A stretch of DNA of 64,000 nucleotides. It comes from Octopus vulgaris. Its lineage: Eukaryota. Of this stretch, positions 41,136 to 53,364 are shown piece by piece. Under the pieces are notes generated by a model, which worked only from the letters and a program-made list of their open reading frames with translations, was not told the DNA's origin and did not search any database. Within the stretch, counting starts at the first letter, position 1. Each line of letters begins with the position of its first letter. Position numbers and translations under genes: made by a program. Location: positions 34,410,001-34,474,000 of the forward strand of contig OX597832.1 of NCBI GenBank assembly GCA_951406725.2, given 5' to 3'.

Positions 41136-41581
41136 TGTGTGTGTGTCATACAGATGATAAAGGAATATCATGCAATAAATGTATACGATACATAAAAAGA
41201 TCATAAGGGAGATAAAAGCATAGAGAATGGAAAAAAGAATATTTTACGATAAAAATACAGCACCCAGAAAGAAAAATATCATACAGACATAAGAATATTA
41301 TATAGTAAAAAAAAATCGTATCATATAGAAAACAAATATCGCATAGATATAAATAAATCTTATGCAGAAAAAATATCTTCCACATCAAAAAATAGCATCT
41401 AGGTGAAATATATTATGCAAAATAACATATTTAAATGTGTAAGCAAAATATATAATACATAGGAGACAAAAGAGAGGGTTAAAATAACATATTTTTTAGA
41501 GAAGAAAAGTGTGGGAAATGTGGTGCAAGAGAGGCCATAAATAAAGGGAAGGTAATGAGAATTAACGGAAAAGAGAGGAAC

Positions 41582-41637
<56 letters not shown>

Positions 41638-42199
41638 GCAAAAATCGATGAATTGGTTTCCGAAGTCTGTTTTTTTTTTCCTGTGTAACTGATGTAAAAA
41701 AAAACTTTCAATAAATCTTTGAACAAATAAAATGTGTGTGTGTGGAGGGGGGTGCTTGTGTCTGTGTGCGATTCTTATGTCTATGCACGCAGACACATAC
41801 ACAAATATATGTATATATGTAGATGTTTGGAGAGATAGATAGAGAGATGAGCACATGTATATATAGACGTATCTACGTATATATAAATATATATATATAC
41901 ACACGTATGTATGTACGTACGTATGTATTTTTGTGTGTATGTATGATGGACCATCCCGCCGAAAACGACGTAGAAGTGTTCAGTGAGAAGACAGGAAGAA
42001 AAATCCATGTAGACAACATGTAGACCCATCACTCTTACTACCATTCACGAACATTTACAATTCGTGCAGTTCACCTGGTGACCCCTCATGTGAGTTCTCG
42101 GGCTACCAAAAACCATTTTCATTATCAACACGAGCACGGCTTATCAAATCAGCACGTGATCTAGCTGAACAATCACGTGTACAATGGTGTTTTGCAGGA

Positions 42200-43845
42200 A
42201 GACTGTTGTTCTGTCGGTTTTTTTCTTCCTGTCTTCTCGTAACTGCTTTTCATGTTGAACCTTCCGACTTTACAAATTCTGAAACTAGGAAAATCTCACT
42301 CTTCTCCTCCTCCAGTCTGCACGGTTTCCGACAAGATTCTCAACGTTTTCTTTCCTAAAACCCAGGCGTTTCAAATTATCTTTTAATTTGTCCTCATACT
42401 GTAGATGTGGCCTGCCTGCATTAAGTCGTGAATCTACAAGCTGACCATAAAAGATTTATTTTGGCATTCGACCATTATTCATGCGAAGGATGTGTCTACA
42501 TCATCACATCAGAGATTTGATCACGGAAGCCTTTATACCGGATGTCCCACACATTTCCAAGATGGCGCTATTTTTCACTCTATTATATCCCTCTCACCTT
42601 TGCATATTTGCTTGAGACATCTCACATGATAGCTGTTCAGCTGATTAATGTACCTACGATAAGTTGTCGAGGTCCCTGCTGCATATAAAAGAGTTGTTAG
42701 GACAACTGATTTGTACACCTCAATTTTTTGTCTTTTTTGAGATATCATAGGCATTGGCCTGTCTAATGCGAGTTTGTATCTCCATATCGAGTGTAGCATC
42801 GCTTGTTACTGTAGAACAAAAATATGTGAAAGCACAACAGTTTTCAGAGTTTTGCCTTCAAGAAAGACGCCGGGAAAGATTTTCAGACTCTTACTAGAAC
42901 CTGGCTGATACAACAGTTCGCCCTTTTTCATGCAGACAAGCCTAAAGATCTGCAAATCTGTCAATGATGCGTTGGATGTCTTCGAGTGTACGAGCAATCA
43001 GAAAATAATCATCTGCAAATAGTAAGGATCTTATTGTCTGAGATGCAATTTTAGTCCTTACTTCAAAGCGCTGATGGTTGAGCATGCCACTTGTCCTATA
43101 TTCAAGAAACACGTCCTTTTCTACATCAGAAAAGGCGCAATCCAGCATTATTGTAAAAAAAATATTGAAAATAATACTGGTGCCAAATCACAACCTTGTT
43201 TTGTACCATTTTTAACATCAAAAGGCTTAGTCTAATTGCCATTTGAGAGAACGGATGCCTTCATATCTTTATGTAGGGACACTATGGCATTTAGTATCTG
43301 CTCAGGAATCCTGAGCTTTGCTATTACTTTCCACAAATCCTGTGGACAGACAGAGTCAAAGGATTTTGTAAGATCAACAAATACCACATAGAAGTCTTTA
43401 TTATTCTCCCGGGCCTTCTCCTGAGCTGAATGTCGAATTCATTGCTCCTCGACCTGACCTAAATTCACACTGAATCTCTGGACAGACGAAACCGATCAAG
43501 TCGATGTTAATTTTGTTTCAGGTGACTGTATTGATGTTTTTTTTTCTCTCCAGTAGAGTGCAGCGATAATTGTCGCATTCACATTTATTACCTTTATACT
43601 TATGTAGACGGACAATGGTTGCATCTTTGAATTATTGAGGGATAATTCCTGTTTGCCACATTTCGATCATAAGCGCTGTCGATTTATCGATCAAAATATT
43701 TCCGCCATATTTTTTTTTTTTTCAATGAATACCTTCTTCTTCTAGGGCTTTTCCATTTGTCAATTGTTTTATATCCACTCTCATTTCATCCAAACATGGA
43801 TCCAATGCAAGACAGTCAACTACGCTTCTTTGGTGGTTATTATTG
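42200..43845 (-). mobile_element. Degenerate RTE-clade LINE, RT and 3' region
   Basis: PEIQCEFRSGR...FYVVFVDLTKSFDSV...NGTKQGCDLAPVLFSIFF...IRSLLFADD...KIEVYKSVVLTTLLYAAGT. Confidence 0.92.
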
Positions 43846-44489
43846 AGCTTAACACACACACAAACACGCATATACACATACAAAGGGTATAAAATGAATT
43901 AATATATGTAAAAAGGAATATAAAACTTATAGATAAAAACAGATCACATTTCTCTTATGTAATCGTCTCTAAATTTCTTTCTGTTTTGTAGTAACTCGAG
44001 TGGCGTTAGAGGTAAAGTGCGCTGTCTTTGTTATAGATTCATTAGTTTGATATTTTTCATTTCCACATTCAGACTTTATTGCTATCTTAGTATTAATATA
44101 GTTTGGCCATTATTATTATCCTTGCAATTATTAATATAATTAATTGTTTCCATATTCTAATCTCTATTTGAGCCATTTTACGTCTAATTGGATTATTATT
44201 GTCAACATTTAACGGGCGGTGCATCAGCATGGCCGCAACTCTGAGCTGAAACTACAGAAAAAAAAACATGGCTTCTACCTTCAGTATGAACATGATTAAT
44301 GTTGTTCTTGTTGTTGCTATTTGTATTACATCTATAATAATCAACATTTGCGGCGGTAAAATACTTTTTTATTTTCTCTACAAATAAAAATCCAAAGGTC
44401 TGATACACTTATTTCTACCTATGTTATCGTGATTAGTATGTTCCTTATTATATGTGGTGTTGCTATTTAATATAAGATTATTATTAATA

Positions 44490-44850
44490 AGATGGCCACT
44501 GGTATGTGATCCGAGGACAACGAACAAACCCCTAGGGACTGTGTTGGAACAAGGCTGCCTGCTTCACAAGGGGAAGGGTCTTGAAAAAGTGACTCAAGCA
44601 CCGCTAGCCTTCATTTTCCAAGACATATAGCAGCGCCTGTCTGGTCACACCATCTGCAGCCGAACAAAAAAGAAATCTCTTCTATTTGAGACTTGGAACA
44701 TCCAAACTCTGCAAGTTAATAGTAACGATGAGAGAAGACATCGGCGAACTGCTTACGCTGCAGCTGAACTGATATTGCTGATGTCAGTGAAACAACATTT
44801 GCAGGCGAATGCTCTCTTACTACTAAAGGCGAAGGTTATACATATATTGT
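44490..44850 (+). mobile_element. RTE-clade LINE 5' region / AP endonuclease N-terminus
   Basis: FETWNIQTLQ...RRHRRTAYAAAEL...DIADVSETTFAGECSLTTKGEGYTY. Confidence 0.78.
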
Positions 44851-45058
44851 GAAGCAGGCAGCTCTGTTCCAAAATAGCCCCTAAGGGAGTGTTCGTATTC
44901 CTCGGATCTCATTCCAGTAGCCATGTTATTAATCATAAAAATATATCAAACAGAAACACTACATATAACAAGAAGGATACTGATCACGACATCATAGGTA
45001 GAAAAAAGTGCATCAGAACTTCGGATTCTATTAGTAGAGAAAATAAAAAGTATTTTAG

Positions 45059-45130
45059 CGCGGCATGGGCCAGTGTACTCGCGGCATGGGCCAGTGTACT
45101 CGCGGCATGGGCCAGTGTACTCGCGCCATG
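45059..45130. repeat. 21 bp tandem repeat CGCGGCATGGGCCAGTGTACT x3
   Basis: Direct reading; AAWASVL x3 in the ORF track. Confidence 0.95.
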
Positions 45131-45332
45131 CAGCTTGTCCGAGGGCGTTTATACTTCCGCGTTTGCTAACGGTTATTTTTCATACTTCTCTTGTTGGATT
45201 ACATATTCGTTTATCATTTTGCCATCTGTGATTTTATTTTTGATCTTCTATACAAATGAAGATACTTCCTCCGCTTGGTTGCTTTTCTTTCTACAAAACG
45301 GGAACTGTTACTTTAACGAGGTGTTTTTATTT

Positions 45333-45438
45333 ATCACCCGATGAGATACATTTGCACCACCGGATGCTCCTGGACAGGTTGTTGAGTGTCCCACCCGTGA
45401 GGGATCGATACTAGATGTGTCGAAACAATTGTCGTGAT
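45333..45438 (+). ncRNA. Type I hammerhead motif with long stem II insertion (core U-to-C variant)
   Basis: ATCAC-CCGATGA-GATACAT-(~63 nt)-ATGTGTC-GAAA-CAATTG-TC-GTGAT: stem I ATCAC/GTGAT, stem II 7 bp, palindromic stem III ACAATTGT, GUC triplet; ~45 nt upstream of (TA)n. Confidence 0.72.
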
Positions 45439-45479
45439 TTGATAAATTCTCGTATATTCCATCTTTCGTCTTTCATTTG

Positions 45480-45522
<43 letters not shown>

Positions 45523-45527
<5 letters not shown>

Positions 45528-45811
45528 TAATCCAAACAAGAAAACACAGAAAAAAAAGAGAACAAAACACAGCAACGCAGGACATTCAATATAAATCCAT
45601 TCAATATGTGACCGCGTGTGTATCGTTGGCGACTTTGTTTTCCTCCGTCTTCCTTTCCTTGGATCCTTCCTTTTTCTATGTTTCTAACGAAGAGCTCCAT
45701 TCGAAACGTTAAACCATCTTCTTTCTTTCCTTTCCTGAGCGTCCAATAATACTATACTTGTTCCACGTCCTCGCCTTGTTGAGTTTTCTCTTTGTGTTTT
45801 CATTTTTGGAT

Positions 45812-45818
<7 letters not shown>
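45523..45818 (+). mobile_element. Short PLE-terminus-like element with inverted ends and a degenerate hammerhead, between (TA)n tracts
   Basis: AGTTAATCCAAACAAGAAAACACAG... is inverted to ...TGTGTTTTCATTTTTGGATTAACT; GTTT-CTAACGA-AGAGCTCCATTC-GAAA-CG-TT-AAAC at 45680-45714; homologous to 55080-55200. Confidence 0.75.
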
Positions 45819-45846
<28 letters not shown>

Positions 45847-45991
45847 CATTATTGGTGAATTGAAGAAATGGAGCTGAACGCAGATTGAACAGAAATCGTT
45901 TTATTTCATTCTACACGTGTTTTGCTACTAAGGTATCGGTTAAACTTTTGATTAATCTACTACAAGATTATTCATCTTTCTATTTCACATA

Positions 45992-46030
<39 letters not shown>

Positions 46031-46274
46031 CCTATATGTATGTACCCATCCACCCTCACTTGAATCACACACATGCTCACACACACACGCACAAAAAGGT
46101 TCATACACACTTCTATATATGCACATACACGCATGCACGCACACACACACATGTGTATATACGCACATACCCGCACACACGCACACATCCACATGCGCGT
46201 ATTTTTTTACACTTTTTTTACACATTTTTCTGTATTTTGCCTTTAGCCCTGTTTTTTCTTGTACGCGTGCGTAC

Positions 46275-46605
46275 ATAGGCGGCCATGGCGGAGCACGGAC
46301 TTCAAAGGTTTTTTCAGCCAAATGAATTGCCCCCAGTACTTCTTTTGAATAAGTCCGGAGCTTATTTCATCGACAACTTGCACCGAACGGTGACGAAAAC
46401 ATACCGACATCGGTTGTCAAGTTATGGAAGGGAACAAACAACTCTAACTGAAACACACACACGCACACACACATATAGGACGGGCTTCATTCGGTTTTAG
46501 GGCTTTGGTTGGCTCGAGTCTATAGTAGGAGGCACTTGCTCAAGGTGCCACGCAGTGGAACTGAACATGTGTTTGGGAAGCAAGCTTCTTACAACCACGC
46601 CTATC
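46275..46605 (-). mobile_element. SINE family B, diverged
   Basis: GGCTTTGGTTGGCTCGAGTCTATAGTAGGAGGCACTTGCTCAAGGTGCCACGCAGTGGAACTGAAC. Confidence 0.82.
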
Positions 46606-47242
46606 TCCATAGTGAAGCCTACAGCTGCAGGGAGAAAGGCAAACAAGCACATGGACAGGGAAGCAGACAGACACTCACTTACTGGCAGACAGGTAGACAG
46701 AAAGGTAGACAGATAGGTAGAGAGAAAGATGGACGGATGGATAGGTACACGTTTATACCGATAAACATTTATATTCGTATATTTAAAGATACACATGCGA
46801 TTTTTGGCTTCTTTTAAAATTTCAATATACAATGTATTCAGATTCGTAGATACAGAGCACATATACGCATACACACTCACACACGTGTCCCTCTCCCTCT
46901 CTATATATAAATCTCTGTGTGTGTGTGTGTGTGTAAACTTGCACATACGCACGCACACACTGCATATATACAAATATAAATTAGCTGGGTTATTTCATTA
47001 TATGCAACAAAAATAGGTTTGGTATTGCATTCATTGCTGCTCACACTGCAGCAATGATTCCTGTTGTTGCTTCTGCTGCTGTTGCTGGTGATGCAACTCT
47101 AAATGTGCAACTTAGCCACGATAGCGACAACAGTTACAAAAATGATGTATGGCAAAGTGCTACATTCAACGTTTTTATAATTAGCATAAATTACATATAT
47201 ACAAAATATTTTATTACGTGTGCACGCGTGTGGTATATATAC

Positions 47243-47286
<44 letters not shown>

Positions 47287-47714
47287 CGTTTGTGCGTGTA
47301 TTTGTCATTGTAAGTGTACATATTAGTTGTGTGTGTACATAATTTTATTACTATAAACGATTATATATTTTCATATATATATAAATAATCATAAATAATT
47401 ATATATATACAAACATATATAAATACATACGCACTTATGTATAAATGTGTGTATCCATATATGTGTGCATACATGTGTGTGTGTGCGTGTGTGTGTCCGT
47501 GTGTATCTATCCATTTCCTTTGTGTTCTCCGTTTGAACTGGGGTCGATTGTCTGTGGTGGTGTCTAATATGCAGTGAATGCAATGAATATTTAAATTTGT
47601 GACTAATATATAGGTGTGTGTATATATATATATATATGCATATGTATGTGTATGTATATATATATGTGTGTATGTGTATGTATATATATGTGTGTGTGTG
47701 TGTGTATGTGTATG

Positions 47715-47745
<31 letters not shown>

Positions 47746-48274
47746 ATGTATTTACCTACATGTATCTATCGATATATATATATGTGAGTGTGTGTACATG
47801 CATGCGCACGGGTGTGTGTGTGTATGTGTGTAGTCACTCGCATCTTCATAATATTCTAGCCGTTGTACCACTCCAGCCTGTGTCATTGCCCCAACATAGG
47901 GCAAGAGCCTAAACATCACTGTGTCATTGGCATAAATCGGTAGCCGACGAGGGGTGCCCTGGTATATACCAGATACTTTTATCGGAACCCATGTGACGAA
48001 AAGCATTGTTGATCTCGGTAAGATTTTAGCTCAAAAGTATCAGCTTGTTCGACGCTCCAATGATTTTGCCAATACACACAATTATATCATGCGCGCGTTT
48101 CTGTGTTGTGTGTGTGTGCTTGAATGTGTGTGTGTGTGAGTGTGTGTGTGGGTGTGCGTGCGTACTCATACCTATATAGTTATTTTGAAATGTATATATT
48201 ATAACTATAAACGTGTGTATTATAAATGTGCATTTAAATATATTTACTTAAAATTTTATATGATCATATAGTTT

Positions 48275-48910
48275 TTGACCAGCTCGAAACTGCTTGACAC
48301 AACTCTTATAGCATTACGACCGAATGTTAAAGCAACTGTTTAACAACTCAGATGTGGACGTAATGTATCCCGACTTTGCAAAAGCCTTTGATAAATTCGA
48401 CCATGGTATGATATGCCACAAGCTGCGTCATCTTGGCACTATGGGAAATCTTGGTGACTTTCTAAAAGATAGAAGTCGAGCAACTGTGGCCAGTGGAATA
48501 ATTTCTGAAGAAATACAAATAATGAGTGGTATTCCACAAGGTACCATCCTAGGGCCTCTGCTATTCATAGTGCCCTATCAGACATGCCCTCAGCTACTCA
48601 GATAGCCACCCTTGTTAGACACAAAAGTCTCTCAGAGGATACAGAACCCTGGAGATATTGCGCACCTGCAACAGTTGAACGCAATATACAGGGGAACATA
48701 ACAAGGCCTGCACTACCAGCAGAGAAAGCTGGATGAAACGCAGATACGATACTTTGACCCAGAAGGGATTGCAATCTATGGACATTGAGATGAGTAATGA
48801 TGCGTCTTTCCAGGTGCATATTGCAAAGTTGGCAAAATAATACAGACGCCTGGCCGGATGTATCCTTAAAACTTTCAGAACGAGGGAAAGTACACTATCA
48901 GTAGAACGGT
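48275..48910 (+). mobile_element. CR1-group LINE RT core fragment
   Basis: VDVMYPDFAKAFDKFDHG...SGIPQGTILGPLLFI...MSNDASFQVHIAK...AGCILKTFRTR; same family as 22395-23345. Confidence 0.9.
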
Positions 48911-48937
48911 AGGAGGCATTGCACACGCGCTCGCACG

Positions 48938-49008
<71 letters not shown>

Positions 49009-49492
49009 TTATAATCAGCAGAAGTTACAGAGAGATTCAAGAACAGAGAGTTTCGTGTGTTAGCACCTTTCAAACTGGTTTCAGGTCAAGGGGGCACACA
49101 TTTGTATACCGGTGATGCTGGAATTTCCATGAATTCTTCTACAGCAAATTATGAAAGCAGTTACAATCTCACGTGGATACTGCACATTATTCAAACGGTT
49201 TGCCCGTTTCACTGTTCAATACACAAATCTTTGCTTTCGAGGCAGAAAAAAAAAGAACAAGAAAAAAGGAAAAGAAAAGAGGTGGGGCCGACAGGAAAAC
49301 GTAAAGTCATGTATGTACACATGCGCACATATAAATGAGAGAACTGATAAATATAAATACAATGTGTACATGAATACACGCGTCCATACGTTCCCAAACA
49401 GGCATGCATGCTCATGAATTAGCGCACATGCGCATTGACATATGTATAAATATAAAACATAGACGCAGGAGTGTGCATACATACACACACAT

Positions 49493-49545
<53 letters not shown>

Positions 49546-50369
49546 TTCAATAAGTAGAGTTTTTACATTACGTGTATATTAATAGCGAATTAAAACTTAA
49601 AAGAGAAAGTGAGAGACTTTGCAAATGCAAATGGAATACTCGGCAGTGAATGCAATGAATATTTAAATTTGGGGTGAATTGGACTCAGTGAATATTTAAA
49701 TTTGCGAGAAATTGGAGTTAAAAAATTCAATAAACTTGAGAAATGTAAATTCTAGGAAATTTCTTAGAACATGAGTTTATAGAAATATTTCCAGATGGTC
49801 AACCCTTTAATAATTTATTTCTTTTAGTACTTTTAGCAATTGTTACCTAATTAATAAGCAGCTTTCTCTATTATAGTATATATATATATACATATATTGT
49901 ATCATGAATGGTTATGTGGACCACTCCCAACGAAAGCCAGAGCTTCCTTCGACCACTACATAAAATGTATTAAGAAAAAATGTTATTTAGATATACTTTT
50001 GTTTTAGTTGTTTACATTATTTTACGCTTGTTTATACTCTTATACATTCAAAGTTCACAAATTTCCTTATTTAAATTATGAATCATAATCCTTTCGATAA
50101 TATCACTATGATTAGAAAACTTCTTTGTAGACGATATTTTCTGTTTGGTCGACACTAATTTTCAAATTACTGGAGTCTGAACTCTACTCATAGCGACGTA
50201 TAACCGGCCGTGAGTAAGCATCGGAGTGAGTCAAAATACACCTCCACGATCTAAAGTCTGACCCTGTGCGTTCTTTGCTGTGAATGCGTGAGAGGAATCT
50301 TTAGAGTCTTTTTTTTTTTGCCTCTTTTTAAAGCATTCGCTCGTTACAAGGTCCTTAGACCACTGAAAA

Positions 50370-51018
50370 CTTAAGAGCTACTAGAATAAAATGGACGTTA
50401 GTTAATAGATGACGATGTACATTAGACTTAAAAGGCTGGAGGTCATATTGAAGAGGAAAACAACACTGCGGAAGGAAATTCCAAAGTTCAGAGGAGCGAG
50501 GGAAGAAACTGGTACTGTGAAGCTTTGTACGACACTAAGGAGGTTTCACAGTATAATGATGAGAACTGGATTCAAGTCTAGTTGATCGCTGATAAGTTCT
50601 TAAAAGAAGAACCAGAGAAGAGAGCTGAATAATGTCCATGAAAATATTTATAGAAAAGAGACAAGGAAGACACACGACGACGATGAGAGAGTGAATCCAA
50701 TTTAGAAGATAGATCAGGACCAATAATACGGCTTTGAATGCGGTCCAACAGAGATTAACAATCTGCAGGAGCACCTGCCCATATTTGACAACAGTACACA
50801 GTGCAGGAGAGAACGGTGGACTTATAAAGATAAAGAATCGTCTCAGTAGTGAGATAACTCCTCGAACAAAGGAGTGAGCCTACCTTAATCGCAGCCGATT
50901 TGGCTATAGATTCAAAGTAAGTCCTCCAAGAAAAATCATAACAGAAAGTCACTCCTAAGAGACGAGGAGAATGACTCTCAGGTAAGTCAATACCATCCAG
51001 CGAAACCGACGGCAAGAA
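50370..51018 (-). mobile_element. L2/CR1-group LINE 3' fragment
   Basis: RLLGVTFCYDFSW...ILYLYKSTVLSCTVYCCQIWAGAP...LDRIQSR...LDSLSHRRRVSSLSLFYKYFHG...SFFPRSSELWN. Confidence 0.88.
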
Positions 51019-51604
51019 AGGGTTGCAAAAAATTAAGCTAAGACTTACCTCTCAAAGTTCTATGCGAATAATGTCGGGATGGGTTATTTTGATTGACAAA
51101 ACTGAGATCTAAACAACAGCCAATTCGATTAGCCGTTTCGAATCCTACTCGAGTCTAACACACTTCAATAACCACTAAACAATCACACACACTACATACT
51201 GACACACACGTTTTCCATCTTATTTTCGCTATTAACCGTCCTCGCCATCTCCTTCCTATCTACGACGGGGCCACAAAACTATACGTGGTCGGTAAATTTT
51301 GAATAAAAATGCGAAGGTGGTTTATCAATTCAAAAATCTATATCCATGAATTAATCATACTTTCTGATTTTTTAATGATAAAAGCGTTCCTGACAACCGT
51401 CTTTGTAATCCCGAAAAATGTCGTAACCATATCGTAACGTTTATACATACCATAATAATATTTATAAAATTAAATACTTTGTATTTTACCTAAATGTTTT
51501 TTTACATTCTAGCTACTTGATAAAATCCTGTACAAACTTTATCCTAGATTATAATCACACACACACACACACACAAGAGTTACGGAATGAAGTAGGAAAG
51601 ATCC

Positions 51605-51689
51605 GAGCTACATATGTTTCATAGTGAGCGGGACCTCAGAAGTGGTAAAATCCCAGTGATGTGTATACGGCCGGCTACTCTTCAGGACA
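51605..51689 (-). ncRNA. Hammerhead motif, antisense arm
   Basis: Minus strand GTC-CTGAAGA-GTAGC...ACTAT-GAAA-CATATG-TA-GCTC. Confidence 0.55.
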
Positions 51690-51749
51690 AGGATATCTCG
51701 ATTAGATTAAAGGTCAACATGTAACCTTTAATCTAATCAGGATATCCTT

Positions 51750-51833
51750 GGCCTGAAGAGTAGCCAGCGCTATAAACCTCATTGGGATTTTACCACTTCT
51801 GGTGTCCCGCTCGCTATGAAACATATGTAATCC
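51750..51833 (+). ncRNA. Hammerhead motif with extended stem II
   Basis: GGC-CTGAAGA-GTAGC-(48 nt)-GCTAT-GAAA-CATATG-TA-ATCC; palindromic stem III ACATATGT; stem I weak in this copy. Confidence 0.6.
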
Positions 51834-52007
51834 GGAATCGTTCCTACTTCATTCCGTAACTCTTTTATTTTTATTCGCACACCCGGCACCCCTGGTCGTC
51901 GCCTACCGTGGAATATAAAAAGAACTTTTTTTAGCTTGTCGTTCTTCGATACGAAAATAATCCACAACCTTCCGCCTCAGTAAACCACTATTATCCCTTT
52001 GCTCTCT

Positions 52008-52401
52008 CCTTTTACTTGTTTCAGTCATTTGACTGCGGCTATGCTGGAGTACCGCCTTTAATCGAGCAACTCGGCCCCGGGACTTATTCTTTTGTAAGCC
52101 CAGTACTTATTCTATCGGTTTCTTTTGCTGAACCGCTAGGTAACGGGGACATAAACACACCAGCATCCATTGTCATGCAATGCTAGGGGGACAAACACAG
52201 ACACACAAACACACACTGACATATATATATACATATATACGACGGGCTTCTTTCAGTTTCCGTCTACCAAATCCACTCACAAGGCTTTGGTCAGCCCGAG
52301 GCTGTAGTAGAAGACACTTACCCAAGGTGCCACGCAGTGGGACTGAACCCGGGACCATGTGGTTGGTAAACAAGCTACTTACCACACAGCCACTCCTGCG
52401 A
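52008..52401 (-). mobile_element. SINE family B, best-preserved full-length copy (tRNA head plus CORE-like GGCACCTTGGGTAAGTG)
   Basis: Minus strand CGCAGGAGTGGCTGTGTGGTAAG...GGTTCAGTCCCACTGCGTGGCACCTTGGG...CCAGCATAGCCGCAGTCAAATGACTGAAACAAGTAAAAG. Confidence 0.93.
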
Positions 52402-52506
52402 CTCCCTGAAAGTTATATTTATTTTAATATTCACTACGAATTTGTTGAAGTTAACTTTCTTCCTACACCTCGATCCCTGGATCTTACATTTACATATACA
52501 TGTGTG

Positions 52507-52567
<61 letters not shown>

Positions 52568-53364
52568 CATGCATATATGTATATCTGTATGTGTGTATGT
52601 ATATATACTGTATGCACATAACAGTAACACACATACAAACACAGTATAGACAGACAGGCAGACACAGATAGATAGATAGATAGATAGATAGTACAGAAGT
52701 ATTTGTGTTTATTGCTTCAACGTTTTTAAATATATGAATATTGATAATAGAGCAGCCCGGCATCAGCTAATCTCGTGAAAATGACAATATGGTATAGCAT
52801 TTCACTCTTTTACTTAGTCATCCTACAACCGCTATAATCTCCTCTTTGCTGCAAGAAGACAGACGCCTTCTTAGCAGGCTATTATATAAATACTTGACAT
52901 CATCTCAAGGTTAAATATTCGAGGTTTCCTACAACCAGCTTAAAGTTTTGTCAATTTTTAAAATAAATAATGAAACAGATTTTTGAATACGTTTTCAAGT
53001 ATTTCCATACATCCACATCAATACCCACTCACATACAGATATCAACACTTATATACAATATATATATATCTATATTTATTTATTTATTTATTTATTTATA
53101 TACATGTGTGTGTGCATATGTGTATGAGCATTATATATATATATATAAACCAGCTTAGAGAAGAAGAAGAAACGAAACGAAACCAAACCAAACGAATCGA
53201 ATCGACGCCAAGGCGCTCAGTCATACAATAGTGTAATAAATAAAATATATGCATACATACAAACATATATGTACGTACCTACATCTACATGTATATATAC
53301 ATGCATATATAAATATATATACGTGTGTACAGGACACCACAAATAGACGTAGAAATATATATGA

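Larger units (their letters stand above)
51575..51995. mobile_element. ~290 bp imperfect palindrome plus ~130 bp one-sided tail, with a hammerhead motif on each strand
   Basis: 51575-~51718 is inverted to ~51721-51864; related copies at 4590 and 21385. Confidence 0.88.

Noticed and set aside
45059-45130. CRISPR-like repeat
   Set aside because: Units are contiguous with no spacers, in eukaryotic context with no cas genes.
47860-48070. Unique island with ORF 47752-48006 as a possible exon
   Set aside because: No recognisable homology or convincing splice-site pair.
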